A stretch of DNA of 63,893 bases, filler included, from Intoshia linei (taxonomy: Eukaryota > Animalia > Orthonectida): assembly GCA_001642005.1 (NCBI GenBank). It is 4 parts of 4 records of this genome, joined end to end, with 100 filler letters (N's around TTAATTAATTAA, not from the genome) between each part and the next. Parts side by side here need not be neighbours in the genome. Positions count along the whole stretch, not along the records: positions 37,332 to 52,805 come from LWCA01000910.1; 3 more parts are not named here. One strand, written 5' to 3'. The position numbers were made by a program, and so were the translations under genes. Below the pieces are notes generated by a model. It was not told the DNA's origin. It was given only the letters and a program-made list of their open reading frames with translations, and made no database searches. Positions 37,761 through 50,803 of the stretch are shown piece by piece (positions within the stretch are counted from its first letter, which is position 1; each line of letters opens with the position of its first letter).

Positions 37761-39297
37761 ATGAACATTTATTATACATACATTTTATTTATATTGGTAA
37801 TCTTGATTCAAATAAATTCTCAAAACGTAAATGTAAACTTGGATGATGTTCTATATACTAATATTGACCAATCAACAGTATATCAAGAAAAGTGGGACCA
37901 TTACGATAATTCAGTTGTAGTGTCTACTGTTTTTGGAGAAATTGTTGGTTTTTCTATTGCGGCAAATCGTTCAGATTTACAATCACAATGTAAAGAAGTA
38001 CCTTGTTGGGCACTCAAGAGGATAAATGTATTTCTAGGAATACCATATGCTCAACCTCCTGTTGGAAACCTTAGATTCAGGGTTACTTTAAAATATTGTA
38101 TGAATGAATAGTAAACTGTGATAAATGTTTGTTAATGTACAAATATTTTTTAATTCATTGAATGATTACACTAGTTCAGCGATCTCAAACTTTTTTCCAC
38201 AGCACTCACTTAGCATTAATTAAAAATTTTGGCTGATACCATGTATAATACATTATATTATTAGTATTTATTATTTCGTCCCCAATCGGGAACCACTGTT
38301 TCACGTATAAATTATTTATAAAAAATTCCCTTTAATGGAATGAGATTTTTTTAGGACCATTATTCTGTTAACAAGGAATTAGTCTGTACTTTATTTAGCA
38401 TTTTATACATTAATATTTTATACATTTTAACTAGAGACCAAAGTTACCAAAATGGACAGATTTACCCATTAACGCAACTTCATATAAACCAGATTGCCCC
38501 CAAATCCGAATGGGTAAGTTAAAATATTTACAAAAAGATGATTATATATCTGAAGATTGTCTCTATCTTAACATTTTTGCTCCAAATGTAATCAATAATT
38601 AGAATTTTAAATTTATTATTTATTTTAAACACTATTTCACAATATTTTTTCTTATTACTTTGTTCATATTTAATTGATTTTGTTTGTTTTAGATTTCACT
38701 ATCCTCCGGAAAATCAAACAATAAAAAATACCCAGTGATGATAATTATTGGCGGATCAGATTTTGTCGAAGCAAGTGGTCGTGAAACTCCTGGAAATATT
38801 TTGGCAGCAATGGGTATTATTGTAATTTCGATGAATTACAGAGTCGGTTCTTTGGGTAATATATATTGTACTTTGAATTTTTTTAATTCGATGAATTTTA
38901 ACGAGGTGTGTCAATTATGCGGATCGGGCCGTTTGCGTCCCGTGTGTTGAATTTGCGTTATAATAAAAAATTTTATTTTTTTAATAATTTTTTACACATC
39001 TTTCTTTTTTTACAGTTTTTTTATATATTTTTCATGATTTATTATTTTACGGCCCGAGTAATAATTGAGTCTGACAGATGACATTAATTGTTTCATTGTT
39101 AATTTTAGGGTTTTTAACTACCGGTGATGAAATATTACCTGGAAATTATGGACTATGGGACCAAAGACAGGCTATTGAATTTGTGAGATTAAATATAGCC
39201 AAGTTTGGTGGAGATGTAAAAAACATTACTTTAGCAGGAATAAATACTGGTGCTGCTAGTGCAGCTATTCACATGCGAAACGCTCAATTTGCAAAAC
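37761..39297 (+). CDS. Type-B carboxylesterase-fold, non-catalytic (neuroligin-like) protein; only first four exons found
   Basis: Signal peptide; FLGIPYAQPPVGNLRF, SEDCLYLNIFAP, NYRVGSLGFLTTGD, GNYGLWDQRQAI, NIAKFGGD; nucleophile elbow reads GINTG (no Ser). Confidence 0.88.
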
Positions 39298-39361
39298 GTA
39301 ATAAAATTACCATTATTATATTTATATTGTTAATCATTTATTATTATTATTATTAATTATA

Positions 39362-39955
39362 CAGTCTAAGTCCTTATTAACGATTTTTTTTGGCGGGAAT
39401 TCCATTTTAGCGAAATTTTTAATTATTTATTTTTTCTTAACAAATTTATATGACTTAAAAATTTCGTTAATAAAAATTTTATCTCTAAAGCTCTAGAATC
39501 TATTTTGAATGACAATCATAAATATAAACTAATTTTTTTACTAATTACAAGTCAATTTATTATATTTTTATCAAATTTTATTTATCAAATCAAAATTATC
39601 AAAATTTCGTCAAATAGATATTAAATTAGATGACGTTAATTAGAAATAATTACTCTCATTGCGGAAATATCGTTTTAATTTTATTTTATTTCTGTAAATA
39701 ATTTAAAATTGATAAAATTTTTCATAGACTCCATATTACTGATGGGGACCCAGGAGTTCATATGGACTCGTTGATAATGTTTAGCGTATATTACTTTGTC
39801 ATGTAGTATTCAAAAACTCATAATAAAAAGAAATCTGACCATTTAATGGTTTTTATTTAAAAAAATTAAATTACGTTAACAAGGGTGTTACTATGGGAAA
39901 TTCCATATTAACGTAATTGCTGAATTTTCAAGTCCGTTAATAACGACTTAGACTG
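39362..39955. mobile_element. Tigger-like MITE; related pieces at about 32990-33440 and 38330-38390
   Basis: TIR cagtctaagtccttattaacg / cgttaataacgacttagactg. Confidence 0.75.
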
Positions 39956-41854
39956 GATATTATACAGTGTTTAACGAGTAAATTACCATTGCTAAACATT
40001 TTTTCTACGCTAATAAATTTTGATTTTATTAAATAATTGTCTCGTTTTTATAAATATTTTTTCAATATTTCATTAAATTTTAATTATTTTGAATACATAC
40101 GAACATCTTAGTATTAAATTGAGTGTAAATATAGTAATAAGGGGATTTTTCCATTAAAGGTTGGTAAAATTTATTTATTTGATTTTGGTTTTTGGATTAG
40201 GAAGTTGTTGTTGATAAGATTTGGTAATTTTTGATTTTTCAAAACAGTATTGGAAAAAGATATCCTTAGCGTTGGTAAAATGAGATTTTTATTTTGGGGT
40301 TAAAATAAGAACTTTTTACTAAAACGATTTGGTAAAATCTTATTTTACAAAAAGATTCGAAAAAAGGGATTTTTATTTTGTGATTTGATTTTGTGTTGTG
40401 TATTTTTAAAAAAAATATCGGGAAAAGTCGATTTTTCCCTAGGGATTTAAAATGGTGTTTTTTATTAAATTTTATTAATAGTGGGATAAAAATTTGATTT
40501 TTGGAATAATAATGTAGCGGTCGTCTAGGCTTTTTGATAAAATCCCAACATCTGGCAACTCTGTAATAAATATTAAAAATTCTCCTATAAAAATAAATAA
40601 AAGTTATTAAAATTTTTCTATATTTTATTTCAATCTCACGGACCCCAATTGGGAACCTCTCCGTTTCGGATCCATGATTTTCAGGCTGGGTGCGAAATAA
40701 CTATTAGGGGCCAAACGCATATAATGTATTTAAATTGGAATTTTTATATTATGTTTATTAAATATTTTTATCCATAATAATAATTTATATTTTTTTCTAA
40801 TTCTCATTCTACTAAATTTTTCAATGTTGAACATTCTGTATCAACTGTATCATCACTGTATCAAAATCGACATTTTCGGCAAGTTCTCTTTCTATTATGA
40901 ACAACGTTATGTCCGATAAATTAACTTAAACGGATGTTATTAGCATAAAAAATAATACATAGATTAATGATAAATCATCATTATATACATAAAACGTAAA
41001 CGATGGGTCCTAGAAATTTTTTTAATTTAATTAAAATATTTTAGGGGCACATTTGTCACGCCAGGAGGGGCCCCTGCAATCCCACTAGACCCGCTACTGA
41101 TAATCGGTTCCTTCAAGTTCTAAATTAACCATCGGATTAGAAAACATAATCATTCCTAAATTCATTCATAAGAGCGACTTTGATTTATTTTGTTCAAATT
41201 GAAGGAGTTCGACATTATAGCTTTTTAATACATTATATTAATTATACTATTAAAAATGTAAACAGCGATATATTTATATTTAAAAAAACGCGCTCTAATC
41301 CTTAATTCGTAGAAATTCTAAAAAAATCCACATTTTTTTGCAACTGCGAACAATGTTAAAATAAATAACATGTTCGTCGAACATGCTTTCATGAGATTGA
41401 TAATAATTTATTTAACGTGTCTATCCTTTTCAAATATACAGTAGACCCAACTTAATAATTAATTATACCCAGTTAATGCTTGCACTTGATCTTTCGTAAA
41501 AAACATATTTGGTAATTGTTTTTCGTTCTAATAATATAATGATAAATTAACTAAATTCATTTTACCAAAATAAATATTTTTGTTACATTATTCTTGTTTA
41601 TTATTTCTTTAATCTATAAATTTATAAAATATATATACATGTATACATAAATATAAATAAAAAATATAAATATCACAAATATATATATATACAGTATAAC
41701 AAAAGGAGTTTATTTTATAGCTACCACTATGCGAAATTTATAAATACAACAAATATCCTTACTTATATAATATGCTAAATAAGTACATTAAAAAAATTGT
41801 ATAAAAAACACTTGTGAAATTCGTCACTCAATATCCTTTACTTACACCTTATAT

Positions 41855-42068
41855 CAGTGGTTTTCAACCGGGACGTTGCGAAATTTATCAGGGGGGTCGT
41901 GAAAATTTGAACACAGTATAAAATATAAATAAAACTGAATATGCTTTTTTAATATTTTCATTTATGTGAATTTATAAAATGTTTGGAGTATATAGAAAAT
42001 TTTAGGGTCGCGAAAATGTTTTATGTTTATAAGGGGGGTCACGAACACAAAAAAGTTGAAAACCACTG
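41855..42068. mobile_element. hAT/Charlie-type MITE
   Basis: TIR cagtggttttcaac / gttgaaaaccactg; perfect TSD ccttatat. Confidence 0.9.
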
Positions 42069-42090
42069 CCTTATATCCTTTACTTATACA

Positions 42091-42301
42091 TCCTTACTTA
42101 TATAATATGCTACGCTATATTTGTTGGTGTGTGTGTTCTACTTTATTTCAATAACTACCTGTCTTAAAATTTTATAAAGTCCATTTCAATTACAGTTTTT
42201 TCCAGGGGTGTTAGCAAAATAATTTTCAACCTCTCAAACTCACATCTTACAGGTCAAAAACCCCAATTGTCATTTTTTTGAAAATCAAACGAGTTGGAGA
42301 A

Positions 42302-42333
<32 letters not shown>

Positions 42334-42848
42334 TTACTCTGATAAGGATTTTAAAATCATAAACATTATCCATAAATTTAAATTTAAAAAAATTTAATCT
42401 TCAGGGCCAAAACCACAAATTACCATTTTCTTTTATGAAAACAGCCCTACAATTTCAAAAAATTTAGATGTGGTACAGTTGTATCCTGTTAACACACACA
42501 AAAAATTTCAATCCAAATAAGTGACGACTTCGGTCAAAAAAGCATTTTAGTATTCATATATTTTTTTAATTTAATATTTTTAACGGTCTGAAAATTTAAA
42601 AAAAAAATTATTCTGATAGAGCATATTCCAGTTGATATAAATACAAAATTTCAACCCGAGAAAGCTTCGCATTCCCAATGAAAAATAATTTTTAATATAT
42701 TATCAACCAATTTTTAAGTTCAACAGTTAATAATTCAATGGATTTTTAAGTTAAATTTTCAACATTAATTTATTTTTTTGGTAGAATAAAAATGTGCCCT
42801 CAGCAGAGCTATGTGATGTTTGTACGTAGTACATAACGGTCAACCTAG
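42091..42848 (+). mobile_element. Apparently complete non-autonomous Helitron
   Basis: a|TCcttacttatataatatgc 5' end, GT microsatellite near the 5' end, 3' end gtacataacggtcaacCTAG|t; no TSD. Confidence 0.8.
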
Positions 42849-43109
42849 TTGATTATATGTCTGAAATTGAATCTGAATTGTTATAGTATATATCACGTTT
42901 TCAATTTATTCGTAGCTAAGCACATGTCAAATGTATGAGTGAGCCATACAAATTTCATACACCGACAGTGACACGGAGTTACATCCTAAGGAAATTATTA
43001 AAACGCTAATAGTGATTCTGTAGAATTTTATGATTGTTACTTATAAATATGAAAAACAGAAAGACATTAAATTTCATATATGAAATAAGACACCAAGATA
43101 AAGATATAC

Positions 43110-43893
43110 TTGTTCGTTGTAATAAACGTCGTCGACAAAATGCTCCAGCTTTATTTCTTCAATTGTTTTAATTCTAAATGAGAACCAATATTATATTAAA
43201 AATTTAGTTTAATTTTACAAAGCTTTTCTGAGACAAATCTACCGAAGATAGAATCATCAATGACAAAATGTTAAAAAATCCTGACAATCGACGTGAAATT
43301 ATAATTTATATTAAAAAATTTAAATGTTTTATGGCGTTTTACAACTTTACAATTCATCGATAGCATTGCCGTATAAAATTATATTAGAAAAGACCATTAT
43401 AAAAATCATTTAAAAAACATTTTATTATAAACCCGAATTTTCCCAAAGTGGGTTCTGGGATCTAATCTATATAATTAGTGTTTCACAAAAAATTTGACTT
43501 AAAAATTTATATTAGATTAACGTAACTACAAAATGTTAAATTTTATGGCTAATTAAAAAAGAAAAAACCCATTAATATTTATAATAATTACTTCCCCTGC
43601 CAAACTTCATAGGAAGGATCTTTTTTATCAGTAAACAATATTGATTTTTCTTCTTGCAGTAACAACATTCCATAAAAAGACGGAACTGTTACACCAAACA
43701 ACCACTGAAAATAAGATTCTTGACGGAATGGAGAAAATTGAGTATCAGTTGCATATCTATTATTTTCAGATCCACCTTTCAAAAGTATACACGAATTTTC
43801 AAAAGACTCTTTTGGCCAAACATCTGCAAGTCTCTTAAACAATCTTTGACGGTTAATTTTATGCAAAATTTTTGACACAATAAAATTTTTCAT
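43110..43893 (-). CDS. PEPD: Xaa-Pro dipeptidase (prolidase), N-terminal exons only
   Basis: NRQRLFKRL...LLKGG...RYATDT...FRQESYFQWLFGVTVP...WQGK|IKTIEEIKLEHFVDDVYYNEQ|gt matches prolidase N-terminal domain; catalytic-domain exons not found. Confidence 0.88.
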
Positions 43894-44316
43894 TTTAATA
43901 TCACTGATTCACGTTTGGTAATTCCAACGACTTTAACGACAAAAACTTTATTATACCACAAAAATAGAATAAACATTATAATCATAATTTGATCTAATAG
44001 TAAATTCACCGAGTTTTTAGTTTCATTGATTTAATCGACTTTTGCCTTTTTACTTAAAATTAAATTACTAAAATTGTCAAGTATAAACACTTTTCAATAC
44101 GGATGCATTTCTAGCACAATTGCTACTAGTTATCAACACAAGTACATTAATACACGAATACAAGATAGAAATTGCATGAAAAATGTCATGGAATGGTGAT
44201 TATCAAACCTTATCACCATTAGTAACGTAAGATTATTTTATGGGACGCTGATGTAAAATAAAGAACCTTTGAAATGCTAAAAAATATTTAATAATATACA
44301 AATCAATCAACATACA

Positions 44317-47300
44317 TTAATTTAGGCAAAATAGACATGTCTTTAGTTTCAACAAAAACAAAGTTTTAATTTCATTGGGTAAACTGTCCAAAAATTCTTG
44401 ATTTTGTGAAATGTTCATTTTAATAAATAATTTGAAGCCATTTTTTAAATTAACGTGAGATTTTTCATTCAACTTTTGAAATATTTGAGACTGTTTTCCA
44501 ACGTCCATATTTTCAGTCAAAATACTAACTAATAGATCCCTGAAAAACTCGACAAAATTGTTTTCAACCTTGCTAAAGTATACAATCTAGATTCAAAAAA
44601 AATTATATATGATAAAAAAAGTAAAATAAGCTCACCTTAAACAAAGTAAAATCAAAAATATTGCATCTAATCAATTTGGACAAGATTATTTTAAACCTTT
44701 CCATTTTAACAGATTCCATTTCATCCACAATAATCATTTTTAAATGATCCCAAATTGTGTATTTCAAAGTCAACTAAACAAAAAATTATAATGAGAAACA
44801 TAAAAATACAACCTTATAATTTCTTTCAAATTCAACAAATTTTTTCAGGGTAAGGACATAAAAATCTTTTGGCTTTTTACATTTCAATATCAATTGAAAT
44901 AGTACATGAACAATTTGCCGTTTTTGGACACTGTTTAAATTTAATTTATTGATATTGTTGAAAGCGTCATTGTAGTTCTACAGTATTTTTTAATATGTAA
45001 AATTGATTTGATTGATACCTTTGATTCAAAAATTTGACAAAATATATTTATTCTAATTTCAGTATTCATTTTAAATTTTTTAGCTAAATTAACAAGATTT
45101 TGGTCCATTGCAATCAACGTGCTTTTTTTTACACCTATTGGGGCATCTAAATATTTTTATGAAGATTAATGTAGATGGAATTTAATTTATTTCCAAAATT
45201 GTTAAATCGAAATATAACCTTTCATTTTTGATTGAAATATTCCGGCACCAACAACCCACCACCGCCCGTTTTCATTGACCTTTAAAAAATCGGATAAAGT
45301 AGCAAATATTTTATTTGAGCCAATAGGTGCTATTTTTGAATATTATTGTAAAATAATTAAAAAAATAATATTTACAAGATAAACAGGATTTAATGGCTTT
45401 AATTGATTTTATTGTCATGTCGATATCGAATTTTGTTTTATTTAAAAATATGTTTTCGAGTTCTAACAACCCAAAACGCAATCTAAAGATATTATATTAT
45501 TAATTTAATGAATAATGAAATATTACAAATAAAATACAAATTACCTTTGGTCATTGTCAGATTTATTAAAATCATTGTAAATATTTTTCAATTTTTCAGA
45601 GACGTGTGAATCTTCTTTACGAGAAAAAGAATGAAAAACTAGATTCGTAATTAAATAATTTCAATAAAATTTCAAAAACATGAAAATTTTTATATTTTTT
45701 TAATCCTTCATCAAATTACCGTTTAGAAAATCCAAAATAATTTTCAAATATCTTTCGTTGCATTTTTTCGATAAAATGTTTAATATTTCATAAATTAATT
45801 TTAAGGTGATTACCTAAATCAAAAGTGTAATTAAATTAAGGTTCAAAACAGTTCCTACAAAAATTTGTTATAGTGTGAAGGTGTAATGGTAATTTAGTAG
45901 TAGTTTGTCGGAATTTTAACTTTATATAGCCCTTGTGGCAAATTTATGACCAGTTAGAAACGACGCACACAGGAGTATCAATATAAGTGCACATTATGAT
46001 TCAACATGTGTCAAAACATACATTTTGGAAAACACTGTTCTATATTTATTTAATTTTGCAGTAATCATACAACGCGACAAGAATCCAATAAAAAAATTAC
46101 CTTGTAACAATATAAGTAAGCCAAAAAGCAAGATAAATTTCTAATTTGGAGGAAATTCACATCTTTGCAATTGAGTAAATTATTAAGAGACAAGCAAATT
46201 TTTTCAACAATATATACAACTAAAAAGTAAATTTTACAAAAAAATAATTCATTTACAATTTTCTGAACAAAGTCATTTTGAGGGTAATTATTTAACCAAA
46301 CTAAAAATTCTTTATATAACAAATATTATAATTTATAAATTTAATTTTTAGTTTCAGTAAGAATCATAGATAAAAGACAAGTTGGCAAGTACCACAAAAA
46401 AATGTATTTTTTCTAAAAATAACGATTAAATTTCCAGAACAAGTTGGAACCTTTGGTATTACATTTTAAAAAAAATAAGATTATAAGGAAAAGTGTCTTA
46501 ATCAATATTAGAATAAAGGTGGTAACAAAATGTTGCATCAATGACAGTTAAATTTCTAAATTAAATTTTTCGGGCCCAATTTTCTTGGAAGAGTCTAAAG
46601 TATATACATTAAATGTATACCTTTATCCTGCAAGATTCCATTTCCTGAATTAATTAATCCCAGCATCATGGCTATATGAGACAAATTAAAGTCACCACAA
46701 AAACTAGACGTCGTAATGTCAGTTATAATTTTAAATATAGCTTCAACAATAACAACACGCGATGATTCTTGACAATACTTTTCCAACGCCATAAAAACTG
46801 ACTTTAAATTTGATATAGCTATTCTAAACAAAATGAAAATATTGAATATATCAATTAAAAAACTTGTTAAATTGACCACGAATGCCATTCTGTAGTTTTT
46901 TAATAGAATCAATTTCATCGTCATTGATATTTAAATCAAATTTATGCAGAGGCTTACTTTTTAAATTTTTTCCATAAATCTCGTCATTTGCTGATTTGGT
47001 GTTGATTTTTTCGAATTTTACTATAAAAAAAGTTAGGTAATAGCAATCAGAGTACTTAAAATTAAAATACATTACCTTTGTCAATTTTAACTCGATTTTT
47101 AGGATTCTTTTTATTTGTAATTGGTTTTTTTTCTAAATTGAACTTAGTATCAAAACTACAACATTCAAACCGGATATTCCTTCTAATAGATCATTCCAAC
47201 CGTCCAAGTCGTCAGATTTTCCTTTTTTAAATTTTTTTTCGTAATAAGCTATAATTTCGTCGTCATTATCGTCATTTAAATAATTATCTTCACTCTAAAA

Positions 47301-48118
47301 CGAAAAATAGAATGTATTCATATCTTATTATATCAAATAACTCATCATTCTAAGAAATTGCTTCATTCAGGGTCAAAACCCAGATTATTCCAGTTAATAT
47401 AAATACAAAATTTCAACCCCAGAAATCTACGCATTATCAGTGAAAAATAATTTTTAATATATTATCAACCATAAATAATATTAAAAATAAAGAAGTAAAT
47501 AATCATCCTACAATTTCAAAAAAAATTTGCATTGAACGTCTAAACATTTCCAATAAAAAAATATGGATGAAAATCTATATAATTGATTCCTTCGGATTTT
47601 TTTTATTGCTACACAATTTTTCATTTTCAAAATTTAAAATCATTAAAATGTACAAAATTTTATTAGAAAACTACAAAGTACAACTTTGTTATTATCATTT
47701 TTATATTTACTACTATGCTTTGCAATGTTGGTAAAATTCATCCCAAATGTTTATAAAGTGCTGATTCCGTTAATTATTGATACAAAAATGAAATTTTTTA
47801 TTTATCGAAAGCAGATACTGAATATATATCAACTTTACCGAAAAAATTTAAGGTGACAGTGGACTATCGTTAACTAAAAATTAAAATCTACAAAAACAAT
47901 GATTTACTACCTTAGTCAATGAATATAAAATTAATAACTTGATTTTCTGGTTCACTATCATCTGAAACTCCAAAATTGTCTCGGCGTTTTATTCGTTTTC
48001 TATTATTCTTGCCAATTTTATCTTTATTTTCATCATTAGTTTCTTTATTTTTATTAGATTCCGAATTTTCTTTACAAAATGATCTTATGTCTAGTATGCA
48101 TCTTTTTAAATTTGACAT
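44317..48118 (-). CDS. NOM1: Nucleolar MIF4G/MA3 domain protein 1 (Sgd1)
   Basis: EIYG then MIF4G start KLQNGIRGQFNK; GRWVVGAG; MA3 LAKKFKMNTEIRINIFCQI, RQIVHVL, LTLKYTIWDHLK. Confidence 0.87.
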
Positions 48119-50803
48119 GGGATAAATTTAGCAAAAATTTAAATGTTTCGTCCGTTTATTTGTAATTGGTTAAAAGTATATTGTAATTTTATATATTCAA
48201 TTATAAGTTTGAATTTGATGGTTGAAATAAAAATGTACAAATATATAATAAGATCCTTTAATTTAGTATAATAATAATTTTTAATTTCCACATGTCTTAT
48301 TTGATGAAAATATTTGCAGACATGACAACTACAGAATCTAATAAAGTAAAAACTTAATTGATACTGTACTATAAAATAATTTATAAAATTTCAAATTTGT
48401 ACAGTAATGATTAATTAGTAATTAATACACTACAAATATATTAATTAAATTTAATTAATTATTTAATAATATTAATATTTATCAGTAATTAATAATTAGT
48501 AATGGATCATTAGTTTGAATATTCATCAAAGATGTTATGATTCATACCATATAAATTAAAAGTTATAATAAAGTTTACATGTAGTAATTCAATTTAACGC
48601 GCGCACAGTGCGTAGTAAACACATTTGTTTTAATTATGTGTCACCAATATCAATATTTTAATTATTTTTTCAACAATATTATTTATCATTTTAATGTCAT
48701 CCGATTCATCAGAAATGCACAAACAGAGTGAAGAATACTTACACGATATATCACATAAATTAAAACAATTGAAAGTTCGATGTTACAGTGAATCTTATTT
48801 ATGTAAAGGTTTTTCATTTTGCAATACGTAATTATATACTGATGTCTATTGTGTTGTGTAATAATTCTATTGATTATTTTTTTATTTTGTAAATTAATGC
48901 TTACAAAATTACAGCCCACCGTCGTCAAATAGAATACTTTACATTGAAATTGACAGTGCTGCACATTGAAAAAAAGTTTATACACTGTATACCAGGAGTT
49001 TTCAACGGGGTTGTACCGCTTGCCCGAGTGGTTTCAAAATTTAGGAAGTTTTGAAATTATAGGATCGATAAAAGTTATAATTTTAAATTTAAACTTATAG
49101 ACTTACAGATACAATATAATGTTTTATTTACGGGGCATTAGCCTAAAAAGGTTGCGTATCCCTTCAGTGTACACTAAAATTAAGTTTCCACTTTTAAAAT
49201 TATTTTAGGTCTATTTTGTAACTTTTTTTTTAAAAATTCTGTAAAATTACACAATTAAAGTTTATAAATTATAATTAAGTGAGGTCGTTTTTAAGGAAAC
49301 AAACTGTATCCGAGCTTTGTCAAACTCAAATACGTGGCGAGCCGCATCATAGAATTTTCTTTAGCATGACATTTGAACCATTATAATACAAATATATATC
49401 ATAGTGTAAAGGACAATGTGTATTTGAAACTAACGTCAAACCAGATAATAATAGGAGTTATAAATTTAATATTAAATCAACTTACATAATTTTTATATGA
49501 ATGTATTCTCTTGAGATATCAAAAGATTTTTTGAAAGAATCCTTTATTTTGTTAATAATTAATTCATACAGATCAAAACAACTATTTTTTGCAATGTTGC
49601 ATACAACAGTGGTTCCCAAAAAAATATATTTCGACCCCTTAACAGTATACAAATATTTTTATAGAAGATGAATTAGTACAAAATTTTGAATATGTTTATT
49701 ATATTATTATAACCGATTAAAAAAATGTTATCTTTTAGTAGTACTAGTTTTATTTTCGTTATAAATCATACTTCAATATAGTTGACACCCTAGTTACTGG
49801 GGCCTAGTATACAAATAATTGTAAATTTATAATTGTTATTTTTTGTATATACGTGTTATTGTCTCGTAAGGGTTAATAACATTTAAATTTATTATAATCC
49901 AAAATTAATCCGAATTTCAACAATATATTAATTAAATATCAAATACTAAATCATATTAATGTTAAAAATTCTAATTTAATTTTAAAATTTTTCTTAAATC
50001 TTCGGCCCCATCAGACTCTGAAGGCCTCCTAGTGGGGCCAAGCCCCCATTTGGGAACCACTGATCTAATCCAGGCTTTGTCAACTCTTTTTCGCTGTGGA
50101 CCCCTACGATGACATTGAAAAAAACCTGTGGATCCAAAAAAAATTGTATATACATTACATCTTTTGTTTATTTTAAATTTAATGTGTCTGTGTTACCGTT
50201 TATTTAAAAACCCACTTGCTAATACAGTTTTTCAAGAGTGATGCAGTATCGTGAATTTTATTTTCCGAAATTAAGTTCATAAATTCAATTTTATTATTTT
50301 AAAAATAAAATCAGCTCCAAAATTTAAAAAAAATATATTGTGAAACGCGTTTGAAAGTCATTAACATTGTCGTAAATCTAAAATAAAACCCATATTTGTG
50401 AACCACTAGCCTACAGTGCACTGTAGACAACTTAATCTTTTTGTTGTATCAAACCTTCTTTCTAAAGTCATTGAAAAAAATTCAAACTACTCTATCATTT
50501 TAAATTTTAGTAATTTATTACAAGTTGTAATTCACAACCTACTACAGATTTATCGTAAAACTCTTGAGGAAAACACAATTCAACTTTGAAAAAAATTTCA
50601 CTAACACCACAATTATAATATTAATATCTATAAAATTTTACTATAATAATACGTTAAACACCTGAGGCGTAAATCTTACAAATTTCGCGACCCACTTGTT
50701 AAGAACCGCTGCCTTATGCGTTGCCTGACGAAAGCTTGAAAAATTTTAGTAAACATATTTTTACAATTTTTTATTAATTTGGAATAATTTAGAATTTAAA
50801 AAA

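Noticed and set aside
41256-41312. Plus-strand PIYLYLKKRALILNS* as the next esterase exon (expected LFxRAIxxSG)
   Set aside because: Weak match that ends immediately in a stop.
42900-42990. Minus-strand segment DVTPCHCRCMKF as the next PEPD exon
   Set aside because: No resemblance to the expected prolidase continuation.
49029-49046. tggtttcaaaat (WFQN) as the missing Otp exon
   Set aside because: Continues LG rather than RR, lacks a suitable acceptor, lies in a MITE and is 22 kb away beyond several other genes.
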